From positions 124,001 through 188,000 of the forward strand of contig MCFH01000011.1 of NCBI GenBank assembly GCA_002104945.1: DNA of 64,000 bases, written 5' to 3'. The notes beneath the pieces were generated by a model, which was given only the letters and a program-made list of their open reading frames with translations, was not told the DNA's origin and did not search any database. Origin of the DNA: Piromyces finnis finn (taxonomy: Eukaryota; Fungi; Neocallimastigomycota). Numbering within the stretch: the first letter of the stretch is position 1; every line of letters starts with the position of its first letter. Both the position numbers and the translations under genes were made by a program. Positions 50,993 to 64,000 of the stretch are shown piece by piece.

Positions 50993-52600
50993 CAGGCTTG
51001 TTGGATGAGGAAGAATCGTTGCTATTATTATTATTATTAAAGTCATCGTTATTAATGGATGATGCATCAGAGGAATAAGTAGAACTATTACTAGATGGCT
51101 GTGAAACTGAAGAACTATCAACTATTGAACTGTTATCAGAGTTGATAGAACTATTAGAATTAATTGTTGAATGTTGAGATTGAAATTGTGTTTGCTGTAG
51201 ATCTGGAATATTTTCATGATGGGAAACTTGTTGAAGATCCTGTTGAAGATCTCGTTGAAGATCGGATTGTTGATGAGATTGTTGAACTGATTGTTGAACT
51301 GATTGTTGAAATGATTGTTGAATAGAATGTTGATGTTTATTAGAAACTAAAATTTTACGTTTGAGAGTGGAAAAAGTGTATTTGTGATTCCTTCTACTAC
51401 GAGCTGAAAAGGAAATTGAGGTAACTGAAAGTTTCTTCTTTAACATGTGTAAGATTTTAATACAATCTTTTGATGAACCATGAACCTTGACTAAGAAAAA
51501 GTGATCATTGAAAGTTTGAAAATATTTAACACTAATAACTGAATTAAATTTATCTTCTAGAATAACCTCGAGTTTTTCCCATAGCATATTTACTGACCAT
51601 GATCGAATACCACGGATAAAGAAGGAGCGAATATCATCTAAGGGGATACCATAAGACCGGGTACCACGTCTGATATAATTCTTATCTTTAATATAAAGGA
51701 CTGACATGATAATAAATTCTAATTAAAAAATATTGAATATAAAATAAATACTAATAAAAATTACAAATATAACGTATATGGAAAAAAATCTGTCTCTCTC
51801 TCTCTTCTTAAAAGTACTGGATAGTACAAAAATTGTTACGATGCTTTGTTTAAAGTTTCTTATTTTTTGAATTCTAGTTGTAAATTTTCTTTAAAAATTC
51901 TAGTTTTGGTTTGTTGTTAGTAAATTCGATTCGCTTTTTGACACTAAACTTGTTTGACTTTACTTTTCATTAAATATTTAAATTGGTAAAAAATTTGAAT
52001 CAAGAATGTCGACACCAGAAAGCTTGTGAATAGTATTTTTACATGATGTAGAGTGAATCAGTCTCTTACAAGAAACAATACAACAATAGCTACATGAATA
52101 TAAAAGTACAATGCAAATGCTAAAGTTGACTACATTGGATTCTTACAAGAGAAGAGTAGTACTACATGAATACATGAATAAAAGAAAAAATACAGCAACA
52201 AAATGTATTACTCTTCTAATTAAATACTATACAAACTTACCTAAAAAATCAAACATTCACTTACTCATCAAATACTTAAATTTGATGAATAAAATGTTTT
52301 TTAATCGCTCAGTACCATGAGCTTAGTCCTAATAATTTTCCCTTGAAGACTAACCAAGCATCCATTGCGCAATGCTTGGATTTAATTCTTTCTACTCTCT
52401 CAGTACCATGAGCATGAGTAGACCCCCTTGAGAAATTACATTTATTAAATAAATGAAGGCACATTCCTAAGAGGGCACCAAGCATCCATTGCGCAATACT
52501 TGGATTTAATTCTTTCTACTCTCTCAGTACCATGAGCATGAGTAGACCCCCTTGAGAAACTACATTTATTAAATAAATGAAGGCACGTTCCCAAGAGGTA
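50990..52600 (-). mobile_element. LINE segment B: intact 5' end (2 monomers), 5'UTR and first ~240 codons, interrupted by copy C
   Basis: ATG at 51707. Identity ends at ...SSNKPD (50990). Monomers at 52354 and 52478. Carries E-type SNPs and the extra QQSV repeat. Confidence 0.93.
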
Positions 52601-52661
52601 TGCGCTGGCCCTCCTGGCCTGTCTTACTGTTTCTTCAGCATTGACACTCTTGGATGTTGCT
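52601..52661 (-). mobile_element. 61-bp internal LINE fragment (A) from the end of the ORF
   Basis: Matches the segment encoding ATSKSVNAEETVRQARRASA and is joined directly to the 5' monomer of B. Confidence 0.9.
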
Positions 52662-52684
52662 ATTATTAGCAATAATAAAAATAG

Positions 52685-52756
52685 TGGAGATATCGGGGAT
52701 CGAACCCGAGGCTTCTTGCATGCAAAGCAAGCACTCTACCACTGAGTTATATCCCC
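52685..52756 (-). tRNA. tRNA-Ala(UGC), intronless, 72 nt
   Basis: GGGGATATAACTCAGTGGTAGAGTGCTTGCTTTGCATGCAAGAAGCCTCGGGTTCGATCCCCGATATCTCCA folds as a full cloverleaf with the G3:U70 alanine identity pair, anticodon TGC and a TTCGA T-loop. A T5 terminator lies 3 nt downstream. Confidence 0.97.
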
Positions 52757-53266
52757 AGCTTACTTACAATTAAATAGCAAATATTACAAATACTTTATAC
52801 ATTTCTATCATTTACTTTTAAATTATATTATTTTTAAAGTTATATATCAAATAATTAAAGAAATGAATATTCAAATAATACACCACACCAATTATACAAA
52901 TAAATTAATAATTATATGTATATATATTAATTTTACACACAAAATAAAAAAACAAAGAATTCAATATTTTGTTTTAAATATAAATTTTATTTTTCAAAAA
53001 TTTGTATTTGTTTGATTTTTTGTTTTTTTTAATGTTTTTAATTTTTTCTCATTTTAATTTTATAGAGTTTTTTTTGGAAAAGACACACATATATATTATT
53101 ATATATTTTGTTTTGTTTGTAGATTAATTTCATTTTTCTATTATTTAACTTTTAAATAAACTAATTAAAAAAATTTCATTCAAAATTTTTTTACTTATTT
53201 CATTTAAAATGGGCAAACAAATTATTTTGTTGGGGTTAAAGTTGATAAATTTAACAATTAAGCAAT

Positions 53267-54622
53267 TTACTTCTTCTTACCAGCGGCAGACTTGTCAACC
53301 TTTTCGACAGCCTTGATAACACCGACAGCGACGGTTTGTCTCATATCACGAACGGCGAAACGACCGAGTGGTGGGTATTCGACGAAGGTTTCGACACAGA
53401 GTGGCTTGGATGGAATTAACTTAACCATAGCGGCATCACCAGACTTGATGAACTTTGGGTTTTCTTCAAGAACCTTACCAGAACGACGGTCCATCTTTTG
53501 TTGAATTTCAGCGAATCTGCAAGCAATGTGAGCAGTGTGACAATCGAGAACTGGAGAGTAACCGTTGGCAATTTGACCTGGGTGGTTAATGACGATAACT
53601 TGAGCAGTGAAGGAAGCAGCTTCCTTGGCTGGGTCTCTCTTGGAGTCAGAGCAGACGTTACCACGACGGATTTCCTTAACGGAAACGTTCTTAACGTTGA
53701 AACCGACGTTATCACCTGGAACACCTTCAGCAAGGGATTCGTGGTGCATTTCAACAGACTTAACTTCAGTGGTAACACCAGTTGGAGCGAAAGTAACAAC
53801 CATACCTGGCTTGATGACACCAGTTTCAACACGACCGACTGGAACAGTACCAATACCACCGATCTTGTAGACATCTTGAAGTGGAAGACGGAGTGGCTTA
53901 TCGACTGGACGAGCTGGTGGTTCGACGGAGTCAATAGCTTCTAATAAAGTCTTACCAGTGAAGGAACCGGCCTTGGTTTCCTTGTTCCATCCCTTGTACC
54001 ATGGCATGTTGGTAGTGGCTTCAATCATGTTATCACCGTGCCATCCGGAAATTGGAACGAATGGAACAGTCTTTGGGTTGTAACCAGTCTTCTTAAGGAA
54101 GGAGGAAACTTCCTTAACGATTTCCTTGAAACGGGATTCGGACCACTTGGCAGTATCCATCTTGTTAACAGCAACAATGATTTGACGGACACCAAGAGTG
54201 TAGGCAAGAAGAGCGTGTTCACGAGTTTGACCATCCTTGGAGATACCAGCTTCGAATTCACCAGTACCGGCAGCAATAATAAGAATAGCACAATCGGCTT
54301 GAGAAGTACCAGTAATCATGTTCTTGATGAAGTCACGGTGACCTGGGGCATCAATAACGGTAACGTAGTACTTTGGAGTTTCGAACTTCCAGAGGGCAAT
54401 ATCAATGGTAATACCTCTTTCACGTTCAGCCTTAAGTTTATCAAGAACCCAGGCGTACTTGAAGGAACCCTTACCAAGATCAGCAGATTCCTTTTCGAAC
54501 TTTTCAATGGTACGCTTGTCGATACCACCGCACTTGTAAATTAAGTGACCGGTAGTGGTAGACTTACCAGAATCGACGTGACCAATAACGACAACGTTAA
54601 CGTGAGTCTTTTCCTTACCCAT
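53267..54622 (-). CDS. TEF1: Translation elongation factor 1-alpha (eEF1A), intronless
   Basis: 451 aa, [23 protein letters not shown], with DAPGH and NKMD GTPase motifs and the opisthokont insertion [15 protein letters not shown]. Strong GC3 codon bias typical of a highly expressed gene. Confidence 0.98.
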   Translation of the reverse strand: MGKEKTHVNVVVIGHVDSGKSTTTGHLIYKCGGIDKRTIEKFEKESADLGKGSFKYAWVLDKLKAERERGITIDIALWKFETPKYYVTVIDAPGHRDFIKNMITGTSQADCAILIIAAGTGEFEAGISKDGQTREHALLAYTLGVRQIIVAVNKMDTAKWSESRFKEIVKEVSSFLKKTGYNPKTVPFVPISGWHGDNMIEATTNMPWYKGWNKETKAGSFTGKTLLEAIDSVEPPARPVDKPLRLPLQDVYKIGGIGTVPVGRVETGVIKPGMVVTFAPTGVTTEVKSVEMHHESLAEGVPGDNVGFNVKNVSVKEIRRGNVCSDSKRDPAKEAASFTAQVIVINHPGQIANGYSPVLDCHTAHIACRFAEIQQKMDRRSGKVLEENPKFIKSGDAAMVKLIPSKPLCVETFVEYPPLGRFAVRDMRQTVAVGVIKAVEKVDKSAAGKKK

Positions 54623-57508
54623 TTTATTTATTAAATTTAATTAGTTATTTAAGTATTAAACTAAATTAAGAGTGTGATTTTTAATCCTTGGGTGATTTTT
54701 TTGCTTTTATATGAGTTTTTCGTTACATTAATTTCTATATACGCCAATATTTGATTTTTAAACTCATAAAATATGATTGGCTAAATTAAAATAAAATTCC
54801 AATCATATTTCTATTTTTAATATTTGATGGAAAAAACCTATTTAACATATAATTTAACATATATTTAACTTTTTTTCGAGCCAATAATTTCATTAATTCA
54901 ATTTAAAAAAATATGGAGAATTAAATATGAATATATGTTATAATATATTGTATTTATTATATATTTTGACTACTAATATATAAATAACAAACTTTAATAT
55001 TAATTATATATATTAAATAAATGAAATTAGACCTTTATAAATAAATAACAATGATCATAATATATTGTTAATTAATTATTACATATATTATATTTACATC
55101 TATTTTTCCAATTTAAATAAGAGTATTAAAGTTATTATAATTTATGTATATTTTATATATATATATTTTTATATATTCTATATATAGAACTACGTACTAC
55201 AATTTGTACTGTTTAAATGTAGATTAAGTTTAATTGAATAGGTAATACATATTTGCAATATTTGCAAATATACTTAAATATATATATAACTAATACTTTT
55301 TTTTATTTAATATTTTATTGTTCAAACTACTTTAAAAATAAATGGTAAAGTTCAAAATAGTTAATTAATATATTGTATAATTAAAATTTCAAAATTATTA
55401 CAATATAACAAAAAAAAAAAAATAAATAAAAAAAAAAAGAGGGGAAGTAAAAAAAAAAAAATATTTGAATTATTTAATTCATAAATAAAAAGTATAGAAT
55501 ACTGTATGTGTATATTATGTATATTAAAAAACAATTTCAAACTAAAGACAGTTTAATAGTAATAAAATGAAGGTTAATGTTAATAAAAAAAGTAAAAGAA
55601 AAAAATTGAATAATTAGAAAAAACTCGTTAAGTAAAATAAAAAAAATTATAAAATGTAAGTGTTGTAGCAAACTTCAAATTAACACTTTATTAAATAATA
55701 AAGTTACAACAGTGGAAAAATCTTTAAGATTTTTTTTAAATATCTAAAATAAAATATTTAATAATAATAATAATAATACTTTTGTTATAATAAATAATCA
55801 TAATTAAAAAATTTATGATATAAATCAAACGAAAATGCAATTATTATAACTATTATGCTTTAAATGATTTAAAGCAAATGATATAAATATAATTAATATG
55901 TAATTGACAATTTTCTTTTGATGTAATTGAAAATTAAAATGTTAAAATGTTTCCAATAGATTAAATATTTTTTTAATTTTAAGAATTTATTAAAAGTATA
56001 ATAATTAGTAATTATAAAAGTTGTTTTTTTTTTTGTTTTTTTTTTTTTTGATGTTGAATAACAATCATAATTATATATATGAATGTTCATTATAGTATTA
56101 TGTTATTTAAAATTTAATAAAATTTAACAGATTATAACAAAAAAAAATAAAAAAGTAATTATAAAACTATAAAATGTATATATAAACATTGAATATGAAA
56201 TCAGATTATAAATAAATAAATAAAATTTTATTTTACTATAGATGGTTTTATAGTTTTATCTTATTTTATTTTTTTAACATTCATTAATCCTTATATTTCA
56301 ATTATATAGTTTAACAAGAACTTAACAAGAATAATTTATTCAAGGAATTTATAATAAATTTATTGGCTATATTAAAATCTAAATATAAAATATGAATAGT
56401 TTAATTTATAATTAGATTTATTATAGCAAATTTTGCGTGAATAAAAAAATTAGAAAACCAAATAGGAATATGTAATAATTATGTGATAATGGCATATACA
56501 TTTTATAAAAATAAAAAAATAAAATATAGTATCCCATTGAAAGAATTCTGTAAATATGAAAAAAAGTTCATTATAATAAATTAAATTTAACTTTAAAATT
56601 AGTTATTAAATTGTATATATATTTTAAAACATATATTTATAACTTTTATAATCAATAATCATTATTTAAAAAATTATTAAATTAATTTTAATTGAAAAAT
56701 AGCAACTCTTTATATTTAAAAAGCTGTAATTGCACAGTAAAAATAAAAAAGCATATATATAATTTATTATTCATTTCTAATAACCTATTGCTTATTTATT
56801 GTGAACTTTATAATTCAATTTTATTTACTTTTATTAATAAAAATCATTTTTTTATTTAATTTTATATATCTAATATTATTAAATCTTTTATTTGAGTAAT
56901 ATAAAGAAATTATTAAAGAAATTATTAATTATATATATAACACATTATTAAAATTATTTTATTATAAAAAATAATCAGAATGTTTAAAATTTAAAACTTT
57001 TTTGTATATTTTATTCTGTATATAAGTGTAATTATAATGAGTAGATTTTAAAGTTAATAAAATTAAAATTATTATTCTAACCTTTGATAAACTAATAATA
57101 AAAAAGATTTTGAATAACTATTAAACTCTAACCCTATATAATATTAAAATACGAAAATAAATATAATATATTTTATATTCTAATAGTATTATAATATTTA
57201 TTAATATAAAGTTATTTTATAATAATAAAAGTAAATAAATATTTGATAAAACCTTTGTAAATATAAACTCAATAAATATTTTAAGACAAGTTGTAATTAT
57301 TTTCTCAAATTCAATTATTGTATATTTAAAAATTTATTATATAGAAGATAAAATTATAGTTTTTATTTTGTAAATTTTTTTTGTAAAAAATTAAATTAAT
57401 TTTTATTTAGTAATTAAATTTAATTTATTTCAATAACAACAAACAACATAAATAAATTTTTATTAATAAAGAGAACGAAATAAATTTATTTTAAATTTCT
57501 ATAATTCT

Positions 57509-57545
<37 letters not shown>

Positions 57546-57644
57546 TAATTAAAATAATAATATTTTTTAATATATTATGAATTTCATATTTCTATAAATA
57601 TATATACTATAAAATAAATATTAATTTAATTAAATATAATTGTA

Positions 57645-63498
<5,854 letters not shown>

Positions 63499-64000
63499 AA
63501 ATCTATTTATACTTATATATATAAATAAAGAAAATATATTTAATTTATACCGACTTATTTTTTAGTTAATAACCAGGCAACTTGTTTTAAAATCTGTTAT
63601 TAATATAGAACTCCTTTTTTTTTTTTTTTAAATAGTATTTTTATGATAATCGAAATTAATAAAACTTTGTAAATAATAAGTTTATAAATTCATAGAATAT
63701 AAATATATTTTCTTTTTATGTATATTTTATTTTTTTATAACTTAAAATTTAGATTTTTATTACTATTACTTCTATTATTGTTATTATTATTGTTATTATT
63801 ATTATTTTTTTTAAAATAGTTTTTTAATAGGTGATTTTTTAATTTCTTATTAATTTATAATTGTGAAAAATAGATATCGAAAACGCATAATTATTAATTA
63901 ATTGGTATTATCAATATTTGATATGAAATAATTAATAATTATATATATATTACAGTGGTGTATATATAATTCTAGAATAGTTATTATAAGAGTGTAAAGT

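Noticed and set aside
52505-52535. Hammerhead ribozyme core in the monomer (CUGAGAG...GAAA)
   Set aside because: Canonical CUGANGA is not met (CUGAGAG). Pistol-like topology and hairpin-ribozyme GUC/AGAA were also considered, but their conserved nucleotides do not line up.
51707-52684. Pol III read-through from the tRNA as the source of LINE RNA
   Set aside because: A T5 terminator follows the tRNA and the element's 5'UTR has several T6+ runs on the sense strand, which would stop Pol III.
53292-54544. Overlapping ORFs on other frames and strands of eEF1A
   Set aside because: These are shadow ORFs produced by GC-rich biased codons.
53267-54622. Intronless eEF1A as a LINE-generated retrocopy
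   Set aside because: There is no downstream poly(A) or TSD, the ORF is intact with strong codon bias, and upstream CCAAT-like motifs are present. It looks like a native gene.

Overview
Extremely AT-rich eukaryotic genomic window with short GT-AG introns, long (AAT)n microsatellites and an opisthokont-type eEF1A. It is most consistent with an anaerobic gut fungus (Neocallimastigomycota); this is an inference from composition and gene content, not a database hit. The left part (1-28.3 kb) holds the 3' end of a LINE, an intronless HPP-like membrane protein, a C2H2 zinc-finger gene, a 9-exon SPFH gene, a Gts1-like ArfGAP-UBA gene, a DH-PH RhoGEF, an orphan membrane protein and a secreted ricin-lectin/DUF4874-DUF4832-like putative glycoside hydrolase. 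The centre (28.8-52.7 kb) is a ~24 kb head-to-tail, partly nested array of one young single-ORF LINE family (APE endonuclease, RT, CCHC). All copies are on the minus strand, and the array starts 23 bp downstream of a tRNA-Ala(UGC) gene on the same strand, with element 5' ends facing the tRNA, as in Dictyostelium TRE3. Each intact 5' end carries 1-3 copies of a 124-bp monomer. The monomer folds, on the element's sense strand only, into several stems plus a candidate pseudoknot, and nearly all differences between monomer variants preserve pairing. The right part holds an intronless eEF1A and an androglobin-like calpain gene that appears to lack the globin domain. The best candidate for an undescribed system is a tRNA-proximal, self-nesting fungal LINE family with a structured, tandemly repeated 5' RNA module and an RRM-like domain fused to the EN-RT protein.
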